This document shows positions 1 to 13,399 of a stretch of 64,000 bases of DNA, piece by piece. The translations under genes were made by a program, and so were the position numbers. The notes under the pieces were generated by a model, which was not told the DNA's origin, did no database searches, and saw nothing but the letters and a program-made list of their open reading frames with translations. How positions within the stretch are numbered: position 1 is the stretch's first letter; each line of letters opens with the position of its first letter. Source of the DNA: Camelus ferus (lineage: Eukaryota); contig NC_045697.1 in assembly GCF_009834535.1 (NCBI RefSeq), positions 47,680,001 through 47,744,000 on the forward strand, in the 5' to 3' direction.

Positions 1-3000
1 ATTGCGGCTGGCGAGGATTTCGGGGAGGGCAGGAATCAGGGACCAACAGGGGCACCATCTTACTCTCCACATCTTACTAAAGATCTTATGCTTCTAAGGG
101 AAACAAAAACAGTCTCTCCTCTAGAAAGGTTTGAGGAAGCTTTCTCTAAAGCCACAAGGCATAATAAAATAATAATGATACAGTAACAAAACTATACCAG
201 ACAATACTGCTCAGATCAACTTTCTCAATCTCGGCAAATGAGAAGAGTTGAATAATTACTCAGCTGCCGCTGTTTCCATTTCCTGGGTTCATAGAGGAAA
301 TGTTTTTTCTAAATTTCTAAGTCAGAGACAGTAAACCAGTTTTATCACTTACACCAGCTCTGGAAACAGCGATGTAAAATGTTGAGGATTCTGAAGCTTC
401 ATCCAGGTAGGTTAAATGAGAAAGATTACTCTTGTCTGCCATTGGCTCAGGGTTAAATTAGAGGGAAGAGTGGAAGTTACCTGGGCCATATGTTCCCAGA
501 TGCTAGACCCAACATAAATCTACCCTAAAACATTGCTCACCACTGTTACTTGACTCATGGATTCAAGTGGAAAAGAAAAGAAAAGGGGAAAAAGAAAAAA
601 ACTGGCTGTGCCAAACACCGAGGTGATCAACTTTAATGATGAACTAATCAACTACATTTTACCTTCCTTATTTTTCCATTCAGCTATTCAACTGTTTCCA
701 AACATGTAAACCTTTCCTCACTCATAACTAGTTTACAAAATGGGCTTCTGTTCTACGGCAGCTACTGTTCCCAAGAACACCTGGGCACAGGCCACAACTG
801 GCATATATGAGGTTGGCATCTTCACCTCTGGGAACGTGGATCCCACCCCCACTCCAAACCAAGAGGAAATTAACTGCCAGTTCTGATGGGAATGACATAT
901 TGACTAAGTACTTAGACGGAGCAATCCACTCCCGCAGTCAGCAAAATACACAGTGGTTGTATTCTCTAACAACACAAGAATGCTTGATTAGATTTGCTTC
1001 AAGCCTCCTGTTTGCCAGGAAGCCACTGACAAGAAGCAGGTATCGGGTGTCTCCGAGGAAGACCCTCCCAGGGTTCCCTGTTAAATCCAGAGGCAGAACC
1101 CATAGCAATTACACTTCTGGTACAATTACCAGCATCATGCACTCCCTGCCAACTGAGGAGACTTGGCAGCTGAATAATACAGCTTTCATTTTACATTTTC
1201 ACTCCAATTAGCTGACAGTACTAGTCAACTGGCTGAACAAAACAAAATGCAAGGGAAGTTGAAAGGTTCCTATGTGAGTTACAGAGCTGTGCCTTCGAGG
1301 ACAATGATGAGATGAAAGGGACTGAAAAGAGAATTAGGGGATTCACCACAACAAAAGGGCAGGCGCAGACAATCCACTGGTGGGATGTATGGTTTAAAAG
1401 GTACATGGGAGATATTTAAGCTTAACACCCATCCCAACTACTGTTTGTTTGAGACTAACGGCACAAGAATTAAATTGCTGCTGCTGCAAGGTCTGGCTGG
1501 GACTTGTTAACATCACACAGCATAGACATGCAAAAGCATACATTCTCCTGAAAACTTCTAACCTCTATTCTGCAACACAGTCAACATTTACAGATAAGTC
1601 ACTGAGCTGAGCAGAAAGTTCCACTAATACTTAGGAGCCCTTAAAAAAAGTAGACCATGAGTTTCCAGGGGAGCTCAGAGTCTTGTCAATGAGATGAAAT
1701 GCACACAGGAAACTAGAAGATCATACAGTGGATAGTGGGGAGGAGTACCACTATGGTTGCAGTAACATTGAGTAACTGAACTATTAGAATCTGCGAACCA
1801 GTGCCAGAATCCTAAGTGAATCCCACAGAGGGGTTCTAATAGATTCCGCTGGAGTCCTCACAGGTTCTGGCTGGATAACTCCAAGAACGCTTCCAAAATT
1901 GAGCAGAATCAAGCAGTGCCTCAGGCTCAGTAATTGTCCAGATTGAACCTGGGAAAGGCTCCACGGTGCTGCTGCCCTGTTCCCTATATTCTTCCGGAGC
2001 TTACAGGAGGCTAATGACAGCCCTGTAGACAGCCTGGGAGACTTCTCTCAGGCTGCCCTGTGGACCAGCCTGAGATTTCCAGCGTCTTTGGGGGAATGAT
2101 TTCATTAAAGACAGAGCATACATTATAACTTGTTTCCTGGGCTTTATCCAATATATACAATTTCAGCCTTTATCCATTTTTGGTACCATGATTGACATTT
2201 AATATAGTGGAAGAGTTCTGTGATCTAGTTCCAAAGCTGAATGTCAAACGTAGGAAAGAAGAAGTGTTCATTTTGCAAATCAGGGGCTGCTACCTCCTCC
2301 TTGGTGGCTCAGGGCCTCATGACTGTGGAACCTCATGTCCATGAACCATGCTTTTCAACACACACTGGGGTGGTTCAACCTGGACCCCATTCTAAAGGTG
2401 GGAAGATGGTCAGCTATGCAATTCAAAGAATGAAATGCAGCTTGGCAAGGATGGGATCTCTGTGGAAACAGTATTTGGGGAATAAGAGTCCTTTCCAAGG
2501 CACATCAGAACATTTAGTGAGAGCTAACAGACAGCTCTTACAAATGCAGTAAATAGCATTCTGTTGAGCTGCTCTGCATGAGACAGAAAGAACATAGGCA
2601 AATTTTTTAAAGTTGCTAACACATATGCAAAAATACTCTCAGGTAATTTTACTTAAACTATGAATTAATCAGCCCAGAAGTTGTTTACTAGCACATTAAC
2701 TTTGTGTGCACACAAGAATTTGTTACAGAGAAGGGGGAAAAGTCTCAAAATGCTGCCAAAGACCACTAAAGAAATTTGATATTTTTAATCTTTCTAATAA
2801 ATTCTATATTCCCACTTTTTAAGTTAAAAAAGATAGCTGGTCACATATAACTTTTTTTATAATGAACATGCTATTTTCTTTTAAAAGAAAAAAAATTTTA
2901 CTAGAGAAACCAAGTCCTTCTAAAACTGAGTTCCCTTGCTGAATTTATGATGACCATCTCTATCCAAAACTTCGTTCTCTTTCTTGTCCCTCTCCTGTGC

Positions 3001-3034
3001 CCCTCAGGATTGAGGAGTATCAAAGAAAAGGGGG

Positions 3035-3652
3035 TATTAAAACTGAGCAGGACCCTCCTGGGTACAAAAGCCCCTCCTTGCCCCCCATTTCTGGTTTGTA
3101 GAAGAAGACTTTGGCCTCCTAGTCCTTTCCTGCATTTCAAAGAGCAGACTCGAACAGTTACTAAGTAGGAAAGTGAGGGAATGCAGAAACAAAAGAAAAG
3201 CAATCAACAATAGTACAGCAATAAAACAGAGTCCTAATTCCTCCTCAAGGGATATGCATAACAATCTGACACACATCTTTGAGTTGTTCTGCAGGATCTA
3301 GGACTGGCCCCCAGCATCCCAGGTGGAGGGTGGTGACTACATGCTGATGACCAGCACAAAGACGCCAGACTGGCTGGAACCAGAAGGCTGATGATTAGGC
3401 TTCCCCAAATGTCACCCTGTTACCTCACCACCAGCCAGTCAGAAGAAAGCCATGCCCCTTGCAACCTTCACCCTAAATGTTGCCTTTAAAAACTCTTCCT
3501 TGAAAGCCATCAGTCAGTTCAGGTCTTTTGATCATGAGCTGCCCATTATCCTTGCTTAGCACCCTGCTATCCCTTCCTCCACCACAATCCGGTGTCAGTT
3601 GATTGGCTTTGCTGCAAAGTGGGCGAACAGACCCAAGTTCGGGTCGGTAACA
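3035..3652 (+). mobile_element. ERV1-class solo LTR (cetartiodactyl-type)
   Basis: Begins TATTAAAACTGAGCAGGACCC (degenerate TGTT start) and ends GGGTCGGTAACA. Internal TTTAAAAA box is followed by an R/U5-like segment. No flanking internal ERV sequence and no matching TSD. Confidence 0.75.
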
Positions 3653-4007
3653 CTAGTATTCTTGAAATTTCTGAATAGTTTGCAAACCTGACAAGTTGAG
3701 GTGGGCTCCTATATAAAATGGCTGGGAAAAGAGGCAGCAGGCAAAACCCATGGATGCACTAATCTCATACCTTCAGATTAGATGATTTATTATCTGAACT
3801 GGCTCTGATACCTTATTGCTTTACTCTTCTCTTAATACAATTAGACTCTACCAAACATGATAAATGTGTTAAAAAATGTTCTCCATTTGGCTCTTGAAAA
3901 AAATACCTTTTCCACAATACAGAAAAATCAACACTACCCTTAAGAACAGAATCATAGCTATATACATAGTAAATAACATTTTTTGAGAATGGCCTAGACT
4001 TGCCTCA

Positions 4008-4254
4008 ATTTAGACTTTATGGGCTATTTGGTATGTGTCCTGACTCCTCAGTTCAACTTTGTCAACAGAGCAGAGAAACAGCCACAGACAATATATAAGT
4101 GAATCAGCAGGGTATGTTCCAATCAAACTTTACTTATGGTCACTGGCATATCATTGCCATGAAATATTTTTCTTCTGGTATTTCAACAATTTAAAAATGT
4201 AAAACCCAGCCATAGATTGGATTTGTCTTGCAAACTGTAGTCGATCAACACCTG
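4008..4254. mobile_element. MER58-like hAT-Charlie non-autonomous DNA transposon
   Basis: CAGCCACAGACAATATATAAGTGAAT...TGTTCCAATCAAACTTTA resembles the MER58 core; degenerate terminal repeat near 4230-4254. Confidence 0.7.
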
Positions 4255-4433
4255 GTCTATTGCATGAGAGAAAGAGATAGAAGACAGAGAGAGAGAAGAA
4301 AAGAATAGATCAATGAAATAGGCTGTGTTTGTATCCCTCCAGAGAGATAAGTGAGGAAAGGCATTCGGGGTTCTACAATAAAATAGCACCTTCTGGTCAA
4401 ATCTGGAGTTGAGAAAAATCTTCAAAGAGTTAT

Positions 4434-4660
4434 TCATCTACTCCAACTTGCATCACTCCTTTCCCCTGACTCTTGGGCCTGCTGATAAAATTCTGGCCAC
4501 TGTTCCTGTCCTTGAGCTGTACTAAAAGATATGGGACAAGCAAGACTGTCATCCCCGCTGTCAGGGAGAAATGATGGGCCGTCATTACCTGATTCTAGAC
4601 TGAAAAGGGAAGTATTAGTGCCTGGATACCTGCCTATCACAAAGCGAAGCAACTCATTTT
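4434..4660 (-). CDS. Candidate terminal coding exon of an unidentified minus-strand gene (ENELLRFVIGRYPG...DASWSR*)
   Basis: Minus-strand acceptor ttttgttttctctgcag, then an open frame to the stop at 4434. Non-repeat sequence, phase-compatible with the 5422-5471 candidate. AATAAA on the minus strand at 3786-3791. No protein homology recognised. Confidence 0.2.
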
Positions 4661-5421
4661 CTGCAGAGAAAACAAAAGGAACTAACTTCTGTCAATGGAA
4701 AGATCCCTTCATGAAATTTATTATCTGTGGAGTGGCAGCAAAAATAAGCCCAACCAAATGTTAAGTTCCAAATGTGTAGCCGCAATGCTATTATTTATCC
4801 TGACATCTCAAGTAAACTCTGGAGAAAGCTCAACCTCTCAACAAAGTTTCTTATTGTTCCTCAAGGATGAAACATATTTCATACAAATATATTTTAAATT
4901 CAACAAGTTATTTAGATGCTTAATCAATTTGAACTAGCAGGCGGCTCCTTTAAAAGCTTTTTAAAAGTACGTTTTTGTTTAGCAGTATATATTATTCATC
5001 CTAGAAACTGGTTGATATCAACATTATCCTTGATCAATTGTTGCTAGGTCTGAAAGAAAAAGCAATTAGAAAGTGTATTATTTGTTGTTCTACTTATGCT
5101 ATTTATAAGCAGATAATACATTTTTTGTTTTAAAAAGGTTTAATTTTCTGATTTTCTAAAACAACAGCTCTTTGGTGTGAAGTAAAACATACTTATGAAA
5201 ATTCAAATAGAATTCATTTGCTAATAGATAAAAATGGCCTTAAATGAGGTAGAACTTCATTCGTAAACAAACAAGTAATTCACTCTGATAACACGTATAA
5301 ATAGGGCCACAATTCACAGATACGTACAGACAGCATTTGGTGGATAGCATGAAAAAATAAAATCATCTTCAAGATGAGAAAGAGTAAAATCAGGAAAAGA
5401 ATGCAATTACCAGACAAGTAC

Positions 5422-5471
5422 CTCCTGAATTATATCTGGAGCTGAAATCCCGTATCAGGGGAAAATGAATC
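5422..5471 (-). CDS. Candidate 50-nt internal exon (IHFPLIRDFSSRYNSG)
   Basis: Minus strand reads gttgtctatttcag|GATTCA...TCAGGAG|gtactt. Only one frame is open. The donor is mediocre. Confidence 0.2.
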
Positions 5472-6659
5472 CTGAAATAGACAACGTTTCCTACTTAAGG
5501 ATAGAAAGGAATGTGTCTTTTGTAATTTACAAGTTCTATTTTGTGAATCGAAAAGATACTCATTTTAATGACCACTTTCTAAGAGATTTCACACTTTATA
5601 TTTAGAAAACCACATAGAGAGAAGGCAGAGTTCAGGAAATGTTGAGGTAAGCTTCTTAGTTCTCTTCAATCCCAACAGCCGACTGGCTTCCCATCTCTCT
5701 TCCCCACGGGACGAGGGTAGCATGTAGGTTGCTCTAGGCTTGCAGGGGTTCAGGAACGTCATTTGTTTCAAGATCTCTAGGAAGACTGGTTTGACTGATT
5801 CTGAGACTAACCTTCTGTAATTTCAAGAGCAGGGGCAAAATGATGGTGGATCCAAAGATTCTACAGCATAGTTCTCTTAGATCTGCCCCTGGACAAGATC
5901 TGAGCGTTAAGTCAGAACCTGGGTTTCAACCAGGTATCAGAAGGCAAACAATGTGCACTTAGCAGCCAGTCCCCACATCATCTCCTTGATGTCCCTTCTG
6001 AAACTACCCACCCTTGGTTTGGTGCTGCTATACGCAGGTAATGAACTGTGCTACATGAGGGAAAATGACAATCTACTCTTCTTCAGTTCAGAATAGGTTC
6101 AACAAGTCATAGCACACATAAGCATATTTCCAGATATACTCAAAACTCACCACCCTCTATGAACAGAAAATAGGTTTCAGGGTAGCATAGTATGCTGTAT
6201 TTTAAATACAGATCTTTCTAAAACTGCTCCCTTCTCCTTGCGTATATGCTCCAAAATAAAGTTTCTCAGGAGTCAAATGGAAGTGACCCTGATGGACAGA
6301 ATTATCATATTTCATTCAGTCAAATATTAATTTAGATACAAAACCATTTTTTGTGTTGATGTGTGTGTGTAAGAGTCAGACAGTGAGAGAGAGAGAGACC
6401 TTTTAGGTTCATAAGAGAGAGGGCATAGGAGCTTGCAGAAGCTACTGTCCAAGGAGCTCGTGCTAAGAATCTTACCCAGCACCAGACAAAACTACTCATA
6501 AAGACAGCAGTGACAACAGCGGCAGTAGACTAGCTAGACCTTGAGGAACTGCCTTCAGAGGTGACAAAACAGCATAGGGACAAGCAGAGTAAACTCAGGA
6601 GACGAGGAAGGCACTCTCCTATCTCCAGAGTGAATCCAGCAGTCGGCCTTTGGTCCCCG

Positions 6660-7250
6660 GGCTCCATCTGCCACTCATGGCCCCAGCCACCCTCATCTCT
6701 CATGGGGCTGTGTCTCTAGCACCCAGGGCAGAGTATTCTTCTTCTAGACATGCTGCTTGGCAGTTTTCCCCACAGCAACCAGAGCCAGCTTTTAAAAATG
6801 CAAATTAGCTCGTACCATTTTCAAGTTCAGATATGTCAATGGATTCTCACTGCTTTAAACAAAAATCCAAATTCTTTACCATGGCCTGCCAGTTGCTCTG
6901 GCCTCACCCCGCTCCATGCCCCATTCCACCCTGTCCTATCAGCCTGGCGTGGGCTCTCTGGAAACCCTCTCCTCTGGCCAGCGTTTCCTTACCCTGCACA
7001 GTGTCCCACGTCTCACCTCCTCGCCCGTGCCCTCCCTGACTGCCCTCACCCACACGGGCCCCTGATACTCTCTGCCGTGGCTTCCTGTCTCCCCACGTGA
7101 TACAGAAAGCAGCTAGAAATCATTCTGCTTATGTCTGTTTCACTCCCTCGCAGGTACAATCCTGAGAGCCAGATCATGCCTGCTTTGTCTACTGATGAAC
7201 TCCCAGGACCAAGAACTGCCGATATTCAGGGAGTGAGAGAATAAATGATG
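6660..7250 (+). mobile_element. L2 LINE 3' fragment
   Basis: CCACAGCAACCAGAGCCAGCTTTTAAAAATGCAAAT and AAATCCAAATTCTTTACCATGGCCT motifs, ending in a degenerate L2 tail. Confidence 0.65.
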
Positions 7251-7904
7251 TCCCATTCCTCCTGCCCTCCCTTCCTCTCTCCCATTATGAGGAAGCTCTC
7301 CAAGGAATATACCACCCACCAAGGAACATATTCTTAGTTGGCTCATTCATTAAATCATTCCCTCATACATGCCTTCATTGATGGATTTTCTCTCTAGAGT
7401 GGATATATACTGAGCTCCTATGTTCAAATCATGGAAAGAAAGGCAGGAGGAGGCATTGGTTGTGTTTTGACTGTGTTAAAAACACAGATAAGAATAGCTG
7501 TATTAATCTATACTGAGTTAATTTAAATAGGAACATGAGCCAGATGTTTGAAAGAGAAGCATTCTGGGATGTATCCACACAGGTCTGGGGTCCCAATCAT
7601 TTTATAAGGAAAATAATCTTTTGTTTCTCTTCAATTTGATTTTGCTGTGTGCATTCATTCATCCATGCATTCACTTGTTTGACAAATATCTACACTATGT
7701 CCCAAGCACTGTGCCAAGTGGTAGATGTACCAATGGCAAATTGCACAGCAGGTCAAAGAGAGAAACTGCCCAGGATTTGAAAGAAATGATGATATGGATC
7801 ATAGGTCCTGCAACAACCACAGGGAAGGACAGTACTCAACCAATGGGGGACACCAAAAATACAAGGAAGCAACAAATTCCATAATTGGAAGAGAATTTTT
7901 CATC

Positions 7905-8392
7905 TAAAAGAACACTTTACACACACTCATATTTGTAGTGGCACTATTCACAATAGATCCAACATAGAAGCAACCCAAGTGTCCAACAGTGGATTAATGG
8001 ATAAACAAAATGTGGTGTATACATACAATGGAATATCATTCAGCCTTAAAAAGGGAACACAATTCTGACACATGCTACAACATGGATGAACCTGAAGACA
8101 CTATGCTGTCAGTCACAAATGACAAATATTTTGTAATTTCATTTATATGAGGTACCTAGAGTCGTCAAATTCATAGAGGAAGAAAGTTGGATGGTGGTTG
8201 CCAGGACTGGGGTGGGGGGTGATGAGGAACGGGGAACTATTGTTTAATTGATACAGGGTGTCAGTTTTGCAAAGAGTTTTGTAAATTGGTTGCACAACAA
8301 GGTGAATATATTTAATGCTACTCAGCGGTACACTTAAAAATAATTAAGATGGTAAATTTAATGCTATGTGTATTTTATCACAGTTAAAAAAA
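7905..8392 (+). mobile_element. L1MB-like LINE-1 3' end
   Basis: CAACCCAAGTGTCCA...ATGGATAAACAAAATGTGG...ACAATGGAATA...CATGCTACAACATGGATGAACC, ending in an A-rich tail. Confidence 0.9.
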
Positions 8393-9044
8393 CAGATTTT
8401 CTAGACCAGGGTGAAATTAAACAGTATGGCTGAGATAGCGATCGGGTGTGCTCCAAACTTCAGTTCTTTCTCCACCTACTTTGTTGTCCAACATTCAGAA
8501 AGACAGGTTTACAAACTGGCTAGTGACTTACTGCTTTAGAGAAAGAGGGGTGGGCAGGAAACCTCTGGCATGGTCATTAATCTCAGGGAACACAGACTTT
8601 GTACTTAGATCATAACAGCTGAGAGGACAGCCCTTGCACAAAGATGGCTGTCTCTTTGTGCCCTAATTCTGTGACCAGGGCCCCTCAGCTAGTTCATTCA
8701 AGGCTGTCAAGATGTGATTGGCTAGTGATGCTGTGTGAGGGCAAACAAATTAAAACAAATGGCAAGCAAAAGCCAGGTAAGGGCTCCACAACCCACTTGC
8801 ACACAGCACATACTGTTTCTCTTGGTTATGGATGAGTACATTCATTGGTCTTGGCACAAGCAGATTATTGGCTTGAGGAAAATTTCTGCTGTAAAATCAA
8901 AAACACTTTTTTCACAGGCAGCCCTCAAGGAAGCCTGAGAGGTATCCATGAAGGTACTGCTTTTATCAAGCTGTCTGTGGGATGTTCAGACACAATGAAG
9001 GATTTGCTTTCAAATTCTCCAGCAAAAAAGTAAACAATGGAGAA

Positions 9045-9165
9045 AGCAGATTAAACAAGGCTGGCAAAATATTAATAATTCTTGAAGCTAGATGAAGGTT
9101 ACACGGGGTTCGTTATATTATTCTATTTTTGTGTTTACTTGAAAATTTCTGTAATAAAAATTTAT
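9045..9165 (+). mobile_element. Old L1M (L1MC/L1ME-like) 3' fragment
   Basis: GGCAAAATATTAATAATT...GGTTACACGGGGTTCGTTATA...TTGAAAATTTCTGTAATAAAAA. Confidence 0.6.
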
Positions 9166-10075
9166 TCCTTAAATGTGCATGTGGCAGGGCAATTTATGAC
9201 AGGCTTATAGATGACTTCAAGACAGATACAGAATTTACATTATTCCTAACCCATCGAGCTACTATAAAATTAAGCAGGAAAATTTATTACTGATAGAATG
9301 TTATGGTGCCTTTGCCCATATGAGTCACAGAACACAGTGCACAGATTGGGAAAGGGAACAACAAATAAGAAAGAAGCCTTTGTCCTTTTAACCTCTGCCT
9401 TCTTCAGCTACATTAACCCAGACTACTGGGGGACCCATGGCAGTGAAGTCGGCTATCCTCCACCAAAATCCTCAGAGCCAACTACTTTCCTGAAGATGTA
9501 GAGATCTCAGTGTCTCGTGTTCCAGCTCCTTTCTAAATCCAGTGGCGACCATAAATAATGAACCCAACACTTATTAAGGCTGTCTGTGCACATCTGGTTC
9601 CCAAGAATTACATGCATGAGTGTTTCTAACTTGAAAAAGTACCTCACTCCCTGGTTAACTTTTGACCTTGGGAGGTCACAGAGATGATGAATAATGAAAA
9701 TTGAACAAAAGTAGTAGAAGAAAATTTTCCCCTGGCCAAGAACAATGCTCAGTAAGTGTTTGTTGAATTAACAAATTATATAAAATATTATTTAAAGCCA
9801 TTTTGGACAATTGTCTACTGACTTCTTCTCTCTATGGTTCTCATATTTGTTAAAGGAAACAGTTAAAAATGTACCCTTTAAAAGTTTATGTTCTTCCAGC
9901 AATGAATTACATCTGTTACACACTTTGATAATATTTATCCTGGTTATACCAGTCTATGTGTTTACTCCAGAAAACTTGGGAAATAAGACATGAAAAAAAG
10001 AGACACAGAATAACCACTTTCATCATTTTGGTTTCCTTTACTGGTAGGAGACAGACAAAAGAAATAATGCTCCAA

Positions 10076-10390
10076 AGGGAGATGTTGGTCAAAGGATATA
10101 AACTTTCAGTTATAAGATGAGTAAGTTCTCAGGATCTAATGCACAGCATGGTGACTACAGTTATCAGTGCTGTACTGCACACTAGGAAATTGCTAAGACA
10201 GAAGATCCTAACTAAGCATTCTCACCACACACACACACACACACACACACACAATGGTAACTATGTGAAGTGATGAATGTTTTAATTAACTTGATTGTAG
10301 TAATCATTTCATAGTATATACATATATCAAATCATCCCACTTTACACTTTAAATACATACAATTTTATTTGTCAATTGCTCCTTGATAAA
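10076..10390 (+). mobile_element. L1MA9-like LINE-1 3' end containing a (CA)n microsatellite at 10226-10253
   Basis: GGGAGATGTTGGTCAAAGGATATAAACTTTCAGTTATAAGATGAGTAAGTTC...CAGCATGGTGACTA...TACAATTTTATTTGTCAATT. Confidence 0.9.
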
Positions 10391-10699
10391 GGGTTCGGGG
10401 AAGGTCCCAGGCTGTTTTGCAGCTGGGTGTGTTCACTTGACTATGCTTAAGCCAATGGCAAGTCAATGGAATTATATGTATAACATAAAGGTCATGCCCA
10501 AGTGGAAAGCACTCAGAGAGAAGACAGAAAGAAGAGAGAAACATGTCCCATTCTGTCCTTTCCCTTGGAATACAGATGTGCAGGTAACCTTTGTGACCAT
10601 ACAACACTTGGGAGACAATAGATCAACACACTTGAAGGGGGCTGGGTCCCCAAAACTGTGGAGCCACACTCAAGTCCTGGTAGGTCACTTAGATGTCCC

Positions 10700-11093
10700 C
10701 CTTCAGAATGGAGGCCCTCATTGCCCCAGATGTTGGAAATGTTGGCTGAAAACTGCCCTTGGCTGGACGGAGCTGCCTCCCCTAATATCACACCCCACCT
10801 TAAGGTTAGCTTGTATCCAGTGACTGGTAGTAAGACATAGGAAGTAAGGAGGTGCAACCCCAGCCTCCTTGCCTAGATGTATGACCAAGTCAGTCTGAAG
10901 AGCCACTCCAGCTCCAGAGCTCCCCATGGGATCAGCAGAGGTCCCTGCTGGTGAGTGTGTCACAGTGCAACTTCTCCCTCTGCTCAATTCTGCTTCCATC
11001 ACACAGGTGTCTTCCCCAAGAGCACTCCCCTACAAAACACCTGCACACCAGTTTCTATGCCAGAATCTATTTCACAAGGAACCCAACTTTAGT
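10700..11093 (+). mobile_element. LTR16-like ERVL solo LTR
   Basis: 3' end GAGCACTCCCCTACAAAACACCTGCACAC...CAGAATCTATTTCACAAGGAACCCAAC resembles the LTR16 terminus; 5' boundary uncertain. Confidence 0.65.
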
Positions 11094-11729
11094 CAATAAG
11101 CCACTGTCATTTGCTCTGTTGGTGCAAGTAGTATCTATATTTCAGCTCACGCAAGTACCTATGATGTGTTGAGCTCAGAGCTCAAAATCCTAAGTTAAGA
11201 TATCACACCTTTGAGCTCAGGAGCATATAAAATGTGGTGCTGTGAACAGCATGCAAATAAGGAATAAATAAATACGGGTACAGAGAGTTGACTATCCCTG
11301 GTCTTATAAATACCACCAGGCTCACCCCACATCACTTTCAAGAAGAAAAAATACAGGCTTTTTCCCAAATCTCAACATCCTTGCACTCTCCTTCCCTAGT
11401 TTCCTCAGGACAGACCTCTAATTCCTTTCTTCAGATGATCTGTTCAGACTTCCTTCCTTGATTCACCAGTCTCACCCTTTCTCAAGGTCCTTTGACTTGA
11501 CTTCTCTCTTGGTTTGGGGAGAGAGCCCACATGCAGAGCCCACAGCTCCATGTTAGGGCACAATCTCAGGCCCAAAGGAAAGGAAGACATAAGCACAAAG
11601 GCACTGATTGTGAGAGAAATGTTTTTCACAGAGAAGGTAACATTTTAGTCAAGACTTGAAGGATGGATAGGAATTAGAGAAAGGGACAATTTTCAAACTT
11701 TACATGATTTTTTGAAGTATGACTTAGCC

Positions 11730-12210
11730 AATATTCATTGCAGAATTATCTACAATAGGCAAAACGTGGAACAGTCCAAGTGTCCATCAGTAGATGAATG
11801 GATAAACAAAATATCCACACAATGGAATACTATTTAGCCATAAAAAGGAATATTTCTGATGCATGCTACAACATGAATGAACTCTGAAGACATTACGCTT
11901 AGTCAAATTAGCCAGACACAGAAGGATAAACATTGTGTGACTCCACTTACTGGAAATATCTAGAAGAGGCAAAGTCATACAGACAGTAGATTAGAGGTTA
12001 CTATGGACTGGGTAGAGTGGGAAGTGAATGCTTAATGCTTACAGAAGTTCTGTCTGGGGTGATGAAAAGTTTTGATAATAAATAATGGTCATAGGTGTAT
12101 ATTGTGAATATAATTAATGCTGCTGAATTATACAACTTACAATGGTTAAACTGACAAATTTCATGTGATATTTATTTTACCACAATAAAAAATAATTTCA
12201 AAAAAAAAAA
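11730..12210 (+). mobile_element. L1MB-like LINE-1 3' end
   Basis: CCAAGTGTCCATCAGTAGATGAATGGATAAACAAAAT...TTTTACCACAATAAAAA followed by poly(A). Confidence 0.9.
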
Positions 12211-12524
12211 CTGCTTAATGTCATAGCTTTACTTCAGTCAAAGTCCAAGAAACAATTTGATGGAGCAAAATAACTGTGCGAGCCTCTGGACCCTGGTGCT
12301 GAGTGTCTAAGAGAAGGGTACCTGGAAGGAAGCATCTAGAAGGGAAAGGGGCTTCAGCTAATATGTACCACCATGTGACTTCCCTGCACCTTCTCCACGG
12401 CCCCTGTGTGACCCTCACAAGCATGTAAGTTTGAATTTCAGTCACAGGCCACAGTGTCAGAATCCACCTCCTGCCTCACTGGTTTTTCAATGATAGTATT
12501 TACACTTTTGCAAGTGCCTTTTTC

Positions 12525-12760
12525 TCTTTTCTAATTATTGAAGGATGGTTCTCATACAGTAAGGTGTGCTGACCTTCAATGTTCGGCTCCATGATACTTC
12601 TACACCTCAGACCGCCAGGTAACCACCACTCAGGTCTAGAGAGAGAATCTTCCAGCACCCCCAGGAGTTTCCTTCCCATCGCTTTCCAGTCTGTAACCCA
12701 CCCCCTCCTGAAATAACTTGTACTCCAACTTCTTTAAATATTAATTAGTTGTGTCAATTC
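12525..12760 (-). mobile_element. L1ME-like 3' fragment
   Basis: ATACAGTAAGGTGTGC...GTAACCACCACTCAGGTCTAGA...TTCCAGCACCCCCAGGAG is typical of an antisense L1ME 3' UTR. Confidence 0.6.
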
Positions 12761-13399
12761 CTTTCAAGATGAAACATCTCACTGCAACAAGCACCTAACT
12801 GTCCATAGCTGCCCTCCTTGCCGACAAGCCCCATCTTGCTCTGCAGAGAGGCTGTAATGCCCACCACATACGCGTGTCAGGATGAGGATGCTTCCATCTC
12901 AGCGAAGGGAAAGTGCAGCGTGTACACTGGAAGCCGCGGTCCTCAGAGGGTGTGGCCATGGGATGAGCACAGGCTCCCCACACAGCATGCCCAGGACAAA
13001 AGCCATTTATTGCTTTTCCTGAGGCTCTGCCACCTAACAGACCCTGTGATTCTGTAACCTAACCACCACTGATTTCTGCCAAGAGTCCCAACACCGAAGA
13101 GGCCCTGCCCTGCCATGATTATGTGGATGTAGGTAATTCACTTCCCTCCTCTCTTTCTCAGATGCTGCCACACCAGGCAAACTTACTTCTCATAACTTCA
13201 GCCTCCTTCTCATAGGTAAGGACAGGACAACAGTACATGAACCAAACCTATGACTCAATTTCCTAGGACACATCAATGTCCCTGAGACAGGCAGAGCCTG
13301 GGGCAGAGGAAGGCAAAGCCAAATGCTGACAAACTCTATGGGAGTCAGGAAAGCCCCCGAAAGATCACAAATCGGAGAAATCCCTTCTAAGACAAGCAC

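Noticed and set aside
807..1211. 134-aa ORF
   Set aside because: No recognisable homology or splice context, and the composition is that of random sequence.
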